The translations under genes and the position numbers were made by a program. Under the pieces are notes generated by a model. It was not told the origin of the DNA. It made no database searches and saw only the letters and a list, made by a program, of their open reading frames with translations. A DNA stretch of 64,000 nucleotides from an uncultured virus (IMG/VR IMGVR_UViG_3300030330_006853). Its lineage: Duplodnaviria; Heunggongvirae; Uroviricota; Caudoviricetes. Position 1 is the first letter of the stretch, and each line of letters begins with the position of its first letter. Shown piece by piece: positions 49,494-57,758 of this stretch. The stretch is from the IMG/VR virus record IMGVR_UViG_3300030330_006853; one strand, 5' to 3'.

Positions 49494-49825
49494 GAAATTT
49501 CCATTACTTGAACAGACACTTTTCCTGTAAAGTTAGCTGTAGCTTGAAGACCAACTGCGCTTGTAGTTATTGAAGTAATGTGAACACCCACATTGGCTCC
49601 ATCATTAGACTCTGAATCTACAGGAGATATCACTACATTTGGTGCTGCAGTATATGTGTTTTGAAAAGTGTATGTTCCTGAGTCTGAATTAGTAAAAGTT
49701 ACCTCTCCTGTTTCGGCGGCGAAATCATTAGTAGTTATGCTTACTCTTCTTTCTGGGCGCCTAACAACAGGATAAATTCTTTTCATTCTGTTCTTATCGA
49801 TGCTTGTAGTTGTTGTAGATCCCAA
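49490..49825 (-). CDS. Small tail-fibre-associated beta protein (H-type lectin-like), paralogous to 49263..49493
   Basis: ETGEVTF...YTFQNTYTAAPNVVIS...ATANFTGKV parallels ETG...VTF..FDAAPVV...ASAKITAVV. Confidence 0.6.
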   Translation of the reverse strand: MGSTTTTSIDKNRMKRIYPVVRRPERRVSITTNDFAAETGEVTFTNSDSGTYTFQNTYTAAPNVVISPVDSESNDGANVGVHITSITTSAVGLQATANFTGKVSVQVMEIS

Positions 49826-49829
49826 TTGA

Positions 49830-49870
49830 CTCTCCGGATATCTTACTTAAGTAAATATCTCGTCAGAGAG
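49830..49870 (-). promoter_or_regulatory. RBS-sequestering hairpin containing the putative late promoter ATATTTA (49852-49858)
   Basis: Minus strand CTCTCTG..GATAT-TTAC-TTAA-GTAA-G-ATATC-CGGAGAG; the 3' arm carries the GGAG RBS of 49825. Confidence 0.55.
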
Positions 49871-49873
49871 AGA

Positions 49874-51202
49874 TTACAGAATTTCTGCAGCTATGCTTGC
49901 AAGCTTAGATCTTTCACCCTTAATGAGGGTAATGTGTCCTGCTATAGATTGATCTTTAAACTTTTCTACACAGTAAGCTAAGCCGTTAGAAACAGAGTCT
50001 AAATAGTCGTGGTCTATTTGCTCAAGATCACCAGTTAAAATTATCTTAGTATCCTCTCCAACTCTAGTTATAATTGTTTTCAACTCATGAACACTAAGGT
50101 TTTGAGCCTCATCAATAATCATAAATGAATTAGGGATTGATCTACCTCTAATGAATGATATGGCTTCGACTTCAATGGTTTTCTTCTCCATCATCCATTC
50201 TAGAGTCTGCTCACCATCTTCACCCTTGAAAAGGAAACTAAGCTGATCTCTAATCGGTGCAATCCAGGGCGCCATTTTTTCTTCTAGCGTCCCAGGTAAA
50301 AATCCTATCTCTTTCCCTACTGAGACGATTGGCCTGGTAACAATCAGCCTATCGTATTTTTTCTGTTCTATTACTTGCTCCAGACCTGCTGCCACAGCAA
50401 GGAGGGTTTTTCCACAACCTGCTTTTCCCGTAAGCGTTACAATTCTAATATTGTCATCAAAGAGCAAATCAAGTGCAAACTTTTGCTCCTTGTTTCTTGG
50501 TCGAAGATCCCATGCAGACTTTATGTCGATGATAGGTTTTATGGGACTGTTTTCATTTATAAACTTGCCAATTGCAGAGCCTTGACCTGAATTGTTATCT
50601 TTCATCACAATAAACTGGTTTGGTTTGAATGATGATGCATCCACTAGATCATCTGTAAGAACTAGTTCTCCATCTGTATAAAATCTGTCTATGGTCTTTT
50701 GATCAACGTCAGCTCTTGAAACACCCGAATAGAGCCCAGATACTGATTTTAGGACCCTGTGTTTGCGATAGTCTTCGCAAGACACACCAACTACATCACA
50801 GACCACCCTGACATTGATGTCCTTGGTCACCAGGACAACTTTTCTATTTTCCTTTTGTTCTATATACTTCGCCATTCTGATGATGACATGATCAGTCTTA
50901 GAACCCTGTATCTCTCTTGGAACTTGAAGAGAATCCTCATCGACGTCTTCTTGTGACATTATCTGGAGAGTTCCTCCGTTTTCAAGCTTAACTCCATTTT
51001 TTAAATTAGACTTTATTCTCAAATCATCCAGGTTTCTTGCAGCCTGTCTTGCATTTTTCCCCACCTCGTCATGTCTATTCTTTTTGGAGTCAAGCTCTTC
51101 TAGAACTATTAGCGGAATGATTACATCATTGTCTTCAAAAGCAAAAATGCAGTCTGCGTCGTAAAGCAAAACGTTTGTGTCTAAAACGAATAATTTATTC
51201 AT
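49874..51202 (-). CDS. phoH: PIN-domain PhoH-family ATPase (PhoH2/YlaK-like)
   Basis: VLDTNVLL PIN motif; GKAGCGKT; IGFLPG; RGRS; IIDEAQN; GDLEQID. Confidence 0.95.
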   Translation of the reverse strand: MNKLFVLDTNVLLYDADCIFAFEDNDVIIPLIVLEELDSKKNRHDEVGKNARQAARNLDDLRIKSNLKNGVKLENGGTLQIMSQEDVDEDSLQVPREIQGSKTDHVIIRMAKYIEQKENRKVVLVTKDINVRVVCDVVGVSCEDYRKHRVLKSVSGLYSGVSRADVDQKTIDRFYTDGELVLTDDLVDASSFKPNQFIVMKDNNSGQGSAIGKFINENSPIKPIIDIKSAWDLRPRNKEQKFALDLLFDDNIRIVTLTGKAGCGKTLLAVAAGLEQVIEQKKYDRLIVTRPIVSVGKEIGFLPGTLEEKMAPWIAPIRDQLSFLFKGEDGEQTLEWMMEKKTIEVEAISFIRGRSIPNSFMIIDEAQNLSVHELKTIITRVGEDTKIILTGDLEQIDHDYLDSVSNGLAYCVEKFKDQSIAGHITLIKGERSKLASIAAEIL

Positions 51203-51233
51203 TTGAATTCCTCAAATTAAAATAATCCTTGAG

Positions 51234-51485
51234 ATGAAAAATAAAAGTAAAATAACATGCTTTGAAGCAAAAGAACTTCTAGATATTTCTTGTAAAAAAA
51301 TAGACTGCGTTAACTGGATTAACTGCAAAGAGGATAATAATTGTGTTTTAATTAGTGCCAAGTCTGGTCCTAAAACTTTGCAAGCAGTTGGAGACATTTT
51401 CGGTTTAACTCGAATGAGGGTTTGTCAAATTGAAAAGTCCATTCTAAAGAAGATAAAGCCATACTTAGATCCAGATCTTAATTAG
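51234..51485 (+). CDS. Stand-alone sigma70 region-4 HTH protein with a Cys-rich N-terminus
   Basis: KTLQAVGDIFGLTRMRVCQIEKSILKKIK matches the region 4.2 consensus TLeEiG..fgvtRERiRQIE..aL.Kl; five Cys precede it. Confidence 0.82.
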   Translation: MKNKSKITCFEAKELLDISCKKIDCVNWINCKEDNNCVLISAKSGPKTLQAVGDIFGLTRMRVCQIEKSILKKIKPYLDPDLN

Positions 51486-51527
51486 CTAAAAATAAATATC
51501 TCTCTAGTTTGAAATAAGCTTACACAA

Positions 51528-51846
51528 TGGTGGAGCCGGCGGGAATCGAACCCGCGTCCGCAACCTTCAATTGTAGGGATTCATTCACAAGTTTAGCTGA
51601 TTTTGACTTCAGCAAGCACATCTCAAAAATATGCCCGCTTTTAAAAGGAGCGAGCGAACCTTATCTCATGCAACTTTCTGTTTATCGGTTGTTGCCACCT
51701 CACACATCTACTGGTTTTTAAGCAGCGACTGCGAGAATATCAAAATCGTCGTTTGCGATTATTATTTTGTGCCTTTTTACCTGGCCAGGCACCTCCAGGA
51801 CTTGCATCACCTCAACATCCGACCACGTCGAAACCGTGTCGGCCCC
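51528..51846 (-). ncRNA. ssrA: tmRNA, 319 nt, tag peptide ANDDFDILAVAA (51756-51718)
   Basis: 5' GGGGCCG pairs with 3' CGGCTCC-ACCA, giving G3:U. T-arm GCGGG-TTCGATT-CCCGC. PK1 stems CCTGG/CCAGG and GTGCCT/AGGCAC. Resume context ATAATC-GCA-AAC-GAC...GCT-GCT-TAA. Confidence 0.96.
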
Positions 51847-51847
51847 A

Positions 51848-52483
51848 TTATAGTTCCTTATTTAGAGCGCCAAGCGCTACGTCTTTTATCCCTGAGGTAG
51901 GAATTCCTAGGGCAGACTTGTATGCAGAAGAGAAAACTTCTTTAAAATCAACGTCACAAATTGTTTGTGCAACAGCTTGATAAATTGGACTTGCTTTATC
52001 GTTCGCAGCATCAGAAAGTATTTCTTTTATTGCTCTTGCAAAAAGAGAATCGTTAGGAACGCCAAAAGATAGAGCTACTTTATCAATCCCTGTTTCCAAA
52101 AAAGCCTTCATGATCGCGTCGGTCACGTTGTAACACACATCGTAGTCATCAGAGTATATCAAGTCTGCAATGTCTTGAAAGTCTAAGTTTCCAAACGCGT
52201 TAACGATCATACCGTAAAACCAAGACTTAGGACTGACTCCCAAGTAGTCAAGAAAAGATTGTGCCAAAAGCTCTTTAACTGCGCCTACAGTGCTAGCCCC
52301 AGCGCTTGACAAAAAGCTAGACAAGCGTGAAGGATCAGTAAACCTAGACAAGTCTATTTCTTTTAGAGCATCTAGATTTTTACTTTGATTTTGAGCTATA
52401 GGCTGAGATGTTTTTTTATTGAGCTGGTTTTTAATCTCTTGCTCTATTAACGATTTAAACGTAGAAGGTGATACTTTATTCAT
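51848..52483 (-). CDS. Hypothetical protein (possible late/internal virion protein)
   Basis: 211-aa ORF with GGGAG RBS and ATACTTA upstream. Confidence 0.7.
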   Translation of the reverse strand: MNKVSPSTFKSLIEQEIKNQLNKKTSQPIAQNQSKNLDALKEIDLSRFTDPSRLSSFLSSAGASTVGAVKELLAQSFLDYLGVSPKSWFYGMIVNAFGNLDFQDIADLIYSDDYDVCYNVTDAIMKAFLETGIDKVALSFGVPNDSLFARAIKEILSDAANDKASPIYQAVAQTICDVDFKEVFSSAYKSALGIPTSGIKDVALGALNKEL

Positions 52484-52516
52484 GACGATCTCCCGCCATA
52501 TAAGTATTGTTATCTT

Positions 52517-52711
52517 TTAAGATTTTCTTGACTTGTCTTGTGCAAGGGATTCCTTTACAAGGTCTCCGGCAACTGTCTTCACCATTCTTAGGCCTTTTCT
52601 GGCACGAGTTCCTGCTGAAGCATTTCCGCCTACGTTTTTGTGTATATCAATTTCTAGGGTCTCCATAAGAACCTTAAGCTCGTTCCACTTATCTAAAACT
52701 GAATTTCCCAT
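52517..52711 (-). CDS. Histone H1-like nucleoid protein (Hc1 family N-terminal domain)
   Basis: GNASAGTRARKGL matches the Hc1 'GNkaAgtRaRk' signature. Confidence 0.8.
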   Translation of the reverse strand: MGNSVLDKWNELKVLMETLEIDIHKNVGGNASAGTRARKGLRMVKTVAGDLVKESLAQDKSRKS

Positions 52712-52712
52712 C

Positions 52713-53411
52713 TTATCTCTCTCTTTCTAATAATGACATAGTTTTGTCATATTGTTTTTGTAACTCTTCGAATAGTTTTTGTAAATAGCCATTCCTTCTT
52801 AAAACCTTAAAAACAATATTCTCTGTTGACATTTCGCCTCCGACTTCAAGACCTGCTGCTCTCATATTAGTAATCTTGTTTTTAATTTTTTTAAGCTTAG
52901 AATAAGAATTTTTCTTTCCAATCAAATTATCAATTTGCTTAGCTATGTCTTTTGACTTCTTTAAAATAGTAGGCCTATCATAATCAACCTCTGACTTTAT
53001 CGGAACAGAAATCCATTCATTGTCTAGTAAACTAAAAGCTCCTGCCATTTTCGGGACTTCTTTTGGAGCATGAACATAAACCTCAACTTCGTGTCCTTTG
53101 ATTCTGATATCGTGTTTATTGTTCCAGAGTCTCCGAGCAGCATCAAAAAAAGCTTCGGCTAAATCCTTCTGGATTCCAAAGCCATCTAAATCAACTACTA
53201 TGTGAACATCTATATCACTCTGAGGTGTGTAGTTGTAGTTTGCCATGCTTCCTGTGACTATTATATCACGAATTGGAGCACTTACCCTCAAGCTTTTCAT
53301 GAAGTCGCTAGCAATTTTTTTAAGCTTTTCCAAGACTTGAACAGACATTTTCATGTCTTCGTTCCAGAGTTTTTTGCTCAGTTTAGATTTATCTTTTGCA
53401 GGTAGTTCCAT
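52713..53411 (-). CDS. Pol-beta-superfamily nucleotidyltransferase
   Basis: VTGSMANYNYTPQSDIDVH (GS..DxD) plus EVEVYV. Start ATG 53411 is supported by GAGG and an upstream ATATTTA. Confidence 0.8.
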   Translation of the reverse strand: MELPAKDKSKLSKKLWNEDMKMSVQVLEKLKKIASDFMKSLRVSAPIRDIIVTGSMANYNYTPQSDIDVHIVVDLDGFGIQKDLAEAFFDAARRLWNNKHDIRIKGHEVEVYVHAPKEVPKMAGAFSLLDNEWISVPIKSEVDYDRPTILKKSKDIAKQIDNLIGKKNSYSKLKKIKNKITNMRAAGLEVGGEMSTENIVFKVLRRNGYLQKLFEELQKQYDKTMSLLERER

Positions 53412-53439
53412 TTTAACCTCTTGCAGTAAATATGGAACA

Positions 53440-53682
53440 TCAAGTAATGATTTTAGGACCTTCTTTAAAAACTTCACCCTCATCAATCTTTTTGCATACT
53501 TCATTGATCATAAGCATAGCGTCTCTACTCTCCAGCTCAAAAGCCAGTAGTTTTATAATTTTGACTATCTGATCTTGTGACACTCCAAAATCCATAATTT
53601 CGCTTACGATTTGTCGACATCGAAATGTATCGAGCGCCCCTTTCTCTGTATTAGTTTCTCCGTATTTCTTAACTGTCATCAT
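53440..53682 (-). CDS. Hypothetical protein
   Basis: 80-aa ORF coupled to the upstream gene. Confidence 0.7.
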   Translation of the reverse strand: MMTVKKYGETNTEKGALDTFRCRQIVSEIMDFGVSQDQIVKIIKLLAFELESRDAMLMINEVCKKIDEGEVFKEGPKIIT

Positions 53683-54151
53683 CTTCTCCTACGTAAAGAT
53701 CGCTTCCTTCAGCTTCTATTGTAAATCGATCAAAGTATAGAATTTTTAAAAATTTACCCTCTTGACTTTTTTCAGTCTCAGACCTAGACAACAAAATTCT
53801 TTCATCCCACTTTTTGTTGTCAAAAATAAATTTTGCATGCTCCCATGTTGCTAAGTCTACTTTATACTCTTCTAAAATGTCACAAAGGTCGTTTGGTAAA
53901 CATATCTTAATATCCCTCTTTGTAATCAATGTAGGAAGATCTTCTAAATTAGTGACAATCTCGCTTTTGCAAATATCCTTAACATTATGGACAACTCCGC
54001 AGTTTTCACATTGAGAGTATTTTTCTACAACATCATCATCTCTAATCTCAGAAAAAACTACAAACTTATGAAAGACAGGATCAGGTCTTTTTCTATACTG
54101 TGGTAGTATGCAGTGACATTCAACTAAATGCTTTACGCCTGTAATGTTCAA
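53669..54151 (-). CDS. Hypothetical protein with a putative Zn-binding motif
   Basis: ECHC ... CENCGVVH...C. Confidence 0.72.
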   Translation of the reverse strand: MNITGVKHLVECHCILPQYRKRPDPVFHKFVVFSEIRDDDVVEKYSQCENCGVVHNVKDICKSEIVTNLEDLPTLITKRDIKICLPNDLCDILEEYKVDLATWEHAKFIFDNKKWDERILLSRSETEKSQEGKFLKILYFDRFTIEAEGSDLYVGEDDDS

Positions 54152-54166
54152 CTTCTAATTTCACTA

Positions 54167-54388
54167 TCAGCGGTTATGTCTTTCTAGAACATTTGATAGA
54201 ATTGCAGAGTCATTTGAAAGAACCTGCTCGATCGTTTGATCAAGCAAAAGTGAAAGACCCTCTATCTTCGAATCTTCAATGTCGATCATTTCTTTTCTCA
54301 TTGCCGCGGTGAGGTTTTGCTTATATCTGACCTGTAAAGTTTCTAAAACCTGCTTGACTGCATACATCACATCTGATTGTAAGCTCAT
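54167..54388 (-). CDS. Hypothetical protein
   Basis: 73-aa ORF with AGGAG RBS. Confidence 0.7.
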   Translation of the reverse strand: MSLQSDVMYAVKQVLETLQVRYKQNLTAAMRKEMIDIEDSKIEGLSLLLDQTIEQVLSNDSAILSNVLERHNR

Positions 54389-54411
54389 TTTAAAGCTCCT
54401 TCTGCTTTTTT

Positions 54412-55770
54412 CTAGTTAAATAATACAGCATTATGAGTGTCTGTTAATAATTTTGAAAAAACTTTTGCATCTCTTAGACCAAGCGTAATAGAAGAAGAAG
54501 GTATGACGGGTATTCTTGAAAGCTTCTTTATTGTTGAGTCTGATAAGAATGTTTCTTCTTTTTTGAGTAGGCTTTTCAAAGATGAGAAATTAATTTTTCC
54601 AAATGCGATAAGAGACTTCATAGTTCTAAGGACGTTATCAATTTTTTCTGTCATTAAAACGTTGGAAGCTTCATCTTTTCTAGGAAGAATAATTCTGACA
54701 GTTCTTCCCGTCAGAGATTTAATTCTGCTATCTAGATATGCTAAATCATTCTCATTTTTTTCACGAGAATTTTTCAGTCGATCGACATGATATCTTACTG
54801 CATCTTTTTGTGATGGGTTGACTATTTTTATTTTTCCCATGCTAGCATGAAAATCATCAACGATCGGAAGGCTTTCTGGGTCAACTGATGATATGAGTTC
54901 ACCCTTTAAACTTGAAATTACATCACTTCCTGAGCATATAGCAATATCTACTAATTTATTAGGATTTGATTCTTCGATTGGGATTCCGATACACATAACA
55001 TTAAGAACTCCTCTTTGATTATTCAGGACTATGGTAGAAATTACATCGTAAGAGAATCCTCTTGCACAAATAACTAGAGGGGCCTTTCTGTCCACGCAGT
55101 GATTCAGTATGTTATCAATCTCAGAAACTTTTTCTATTAAGCCGTCAACAACAAGAACTTTGGCGTCTTTAAATTCCCATATATGTTTTTTCATAGAAGA
55201 TAAAACATTAACATCAGGCGTGCACTGGAAATAATATCCGCTTGTTACATCGATCGCAGGCTGGTTTACTTCACTAAACTCTATAGCAACAGTTCCCTCC
55301 AGCCCTGCTTTCTTAATAGCTTCAATTATAATGCTTTGCATTTGAGGATTGAAGTTCCACTTTAATATTTTTTTAAAGTCTTTGAGTTTTGCTCTTTCCG
55401 ATGACTTGTGAAATATTTCAAAAAGCCTTAATACTTGTTCGTTAAAGTCAATTATCCTAAATTCACTTAGTGATGCCTGCATTAAATCTACAAGTATGTG
55501 AAAAAGGACTTCAGAAGAAATTGCAGATTTCTTTTCGGCCTCGTAGCATGCTTCTCTTATCATTGAAAGTATCAAGTTTTCAAGCCTGGACTCGCCCTTC
55601 ATTATCTTCAGGGCTGTCAATATAGACCTGCTCACCAAGGGCGTATTGTCTACGCTGAAAATAAAACCTCTTTCATCTTTTTCAGACGAAATCTTTTCAA
55701 TTTTTTGCAATGATAAAAGAAGAGCTTTTTTAATCTCTTCTCTTTTGTGGACAGTAATATTGTCTTTCAC
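54412..55770 (-). CDS. Degenerate GroEL/Cpn60-like protein
   Basis: IIEAIKKAGLEGTVAIE; PLVICARGFSYDVISTIVLN..RG.LNV; LVDIAICSG; YLDSRIKSLTG align with the GroEL intermediate/apical domains; no GDGTTT motif. Confidence 0.75.
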   Translation of the reverse strand: MKDNITVHKREEIKKALLLSLQKIEKISSEKDERGFIFSVDNTPLVSRSILTALKIMKGESRLENLILSMIREACYEAEKKSAISSEVLFHILVDLMQASLSEFRIIDFNEQVLRLFEIFHKSSERAKLKDFKKILKWNFNPQMQSIIIEAIKKAGLEGTVAIEFSEVNQPAIDVTSGYYFQCTPDVNVLSSMKKHIWEFKDAKVLVVDGLIEKVSEIDNILNHCVDRKAPLVICARGFSYDVISTIVLNNQRGVLNVMCIGIPIEESNPNKLVDIAICSGSDVISSLKGELISSVDPESLPIVDDFHASMGKIKIVNPSQKDAVRYHVDRLKNSREKNENDLAYLDSRIKSLTGRTVRIILPRKDEASNVLMTEKIDNVLRTMKSLIAFGKINFSSLKSLLKKEETFLSDSTIKKLSRIPVIPSSSITLGLRDAKVFSKLLTDTHNAVLFN

Positions 55771-55780
55771 CTAGAACGAC

Positions 55781-57712
55781 CTAGCCATCTCTCCAAAGAT
55801 TATTAGCAGCAAACTTAATCACTTCTTCTGCAGAATCTTCATTGTATCCATAGTCATCAATAAGTGTAGACACCATATCATTATATTTTTTCTGCTGCTT
55901 GTTGTCTCTAGACTTTGATTTTGTAACAATTCTTGACATATCTTTCACAGATGTCATAAGCTTATTTTCAATGGCTTCTTTGAGGGGCCCATAAGCCTTC
56001 CAATCAATCTTCTTTTTAGCGCGAAGAAGAGTGAACATGTAAGTAGTAACATCAGACCTAAACCCGTCTCTGGCTGAACCCGTAATCCCTATATTCTCTT
56101 CAATTGATTTCATGAAGTTTTCGTCAGGTTCCATCTCTTCTCTAGTCACTTTATCTTTTACTCTAGTCTTGTTGACGTAAGCTTCAGCATGATCAAGGTA
56201 GTTATCAAACAGGGTTTCTGCCTGCTCTTCGTATGCACTTACAAAAGCTTTGGTAATTTCCTTCTCCAAAATTCTCAAGTATTCTTCATGAAGAGTTTTC
56301 TGCAAGTATTGAAGATATCTTTCTCTTGCTTCCTCATCAATGATCTGCTCTTTTACTTGCTTAATCAGAGAGTCTCTGACGGAAATCGGAGTTACCATAT
56401 TTCTCTCAGAGTCTGAAAGCGCTGAGTCGATCGCTTTGGTGATGAAGCGCGTTGAGATGCCGGTCATGCCTTCATCGCGGGATTCCTCACGAAGATCTTT
56501 GATGTCGACCTTCTTGACTCTTCCCTTTTCAATGATGTCCTCACCGTTGTAGATCTTCATCTTAACCAAAGGATCAACCTTACCAGAAGGTTTCAGGCGA
56601 GACATCACGGCGAACATTGATGCCACCTCAAGTGTGTGTGGTGCGATGTGTGCATCAAAGTCAGACATCTTTAACATCTTCTGGTAAATCTTTACCTCTT
56701 CGTCAAGTTCTAGGCAGTACGGGACATTAATCTTAACGATTCGGTCAAGGATTGCTTCATTTGTGTGTGTGGATTTAAATCGGTTCCATTCCGCTTCGTT
56801 ACAGTGTGCAAGAATCACACCGTCAAAGTAAATCATAGCACCTTTACCAGGGGAGGGAACTGCTTTCTCCTGCGTTGCTGTGATCATTGTGTGAAGGAAC
56901 TCGATCTCATTTTTAAAGACCTCCACAAACTCAACGATACCTCTGTTACCAACATTAAAGGCCCCGTTTAAGGAAAGCACTCTGGGATCATCCTCGGGAT
57001 ACAGATCCAACTTAGAGATGTCCTCTGAGCCTATGAGGATTGAAGTGTCTTGAGTATTAGCATCTACAGGAGGAACGACACCTACACCCCGTCTTCCTCG
57101 AACTGAGAAAGATGATTGCTTGACTGGAAAATCTTCGTACTTACCGTCGAACTCTTCTAAGAGCCTATGGCGGCAAACTGGACAGAGATCTCCTTCAATC
57201 TTCACACCAAGCATTTCTTCAAATTGGGGTCGAAGAGATCGAGGCAGCAGATGAAGAGGTTCTTCTCTAATCGGGCAGCCCTCGAGATGATAAATGCTGT
57301 CTGCTCTTTCAAGCCCCTTTTTAATGTGCTCAATAAGCGCTGATTTTCCGGCGCCGACTGGGCCTAGCAAAAGAAGAACTTGTCTACTTTCCTCGCCTTT
57401 CATTGATGCAGATCTAAGGAATCTCATTACCTTGGCAAGTGACCTCTCCATTCCAAAGAAGTGAGGTTTAAAGTAATTGTAGACTTTTATTTTCTCGCTA
57501 TCGAAAAGTCGTCGACATCTTTCATCAGTTTCATCGAGGACTTCGATTCCTTCTGAAGTTAAAGACTCATATAGCCTTTTATGTGCAAGATTTGCAATCT
57601 TAGGATCTTCTTCTAAGACTTCTAAATATTCAAGAAAAGTTCCCTCAAATGACTTGTCTTTCTTTTCAGCTCTCTGCTTGCTAATAATTTCAGCAAATTT
57701 TGATTTTGACAT
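55781..57712 (-). CDS. prkA: PrkA/YeaG-family AAA+ ATPase (annotated serine kinase)
   Basis: HFFGME; GEESRQVLLLLGPVGAGKS; GCPIREEPL; GNRGIVEFVEVFK; EGMTGISTRF. Confidence 0.95.
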   Translation of the reverse strand: MSKSKFAEIISKQRAEKKDKSFEGTFLEYLEVLEEDPKIANLAHKRLYESLTSEGIEVLDETDERCRRLFDSEKIKVYNYFKPHFFGMERSLAKVMRFLRSASMKGEESRQVLLLLGPVGAGKSALIEHIKKGLERADSIYHLEGCPIREEPLHLLPRSLRPQFEEMLGVKIEGDLCPVCRHRLLEEFDGKYEDFPVKQSSFSVRGRRGVGVVPPVDANTQDTSILIGSEDISKLDLYPEDDPRVLSLNGAFNVGNRGIVEFVEVFKNEIEFLHTMITATQEKAVPSPGKGAMIYFDGVILAHCNEAEWNRFKSTHTNEAILDRIVKINVPYCLELDEEVKIYQKMLKMSDFDAHIAPHTLEVASMFAVMSRLKPSGKVDPLVKMKIYNGEDIIEKGRVKKVDIKDLREESRDEGMTGISTRFITKAIDSALSDSERNMVTPISVRDSLIKQVKEQIIDEEARERYLQYLQKTLHEEYLRILEKEITKAFVSAYEEQAETLFDNYLDHAEAYVNKTRVKDKVTREEMEPDENFMKSIEENIGITGSARDGFRSDVTTYMFTLLRAKKKIDWKAYGPLKEAIENKLMTSVKDMSRIVTKSKSRDNKQQKKYNDMVSTLIDDYGYNEDSAEEVIKFAANNLWRDG

Positions 57713-57758
57713 TCTTTATGCTCCACACGTTCAATAATACACAATAATATGTAGGAGT

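Noticed and set aside
51847..51873. TTGGCG-N15-TATAAT as the tmRNA promoter
   Set aside because: The spacer is short and TATAAT directly abuts the mature 5' end, leaving no room for a start site. It also overlaps the upstream stop codon.
51527..51980. Plus-strand ORFs such as MVEPAGIEPAS, and a possible tRNA call
   Set aside because: They are the reverse complement of the tmRNA T-arm/acceptor. The tag reading frame and PK1 show it is tmRNA, not tRNA.
53412..53504. Longer N-terminus of the nucleotidyltransferase given in the ORF track
   Set aside because: It overlaps the upstream gene by 65 nt; the RBS and late motif support ATG 53411.
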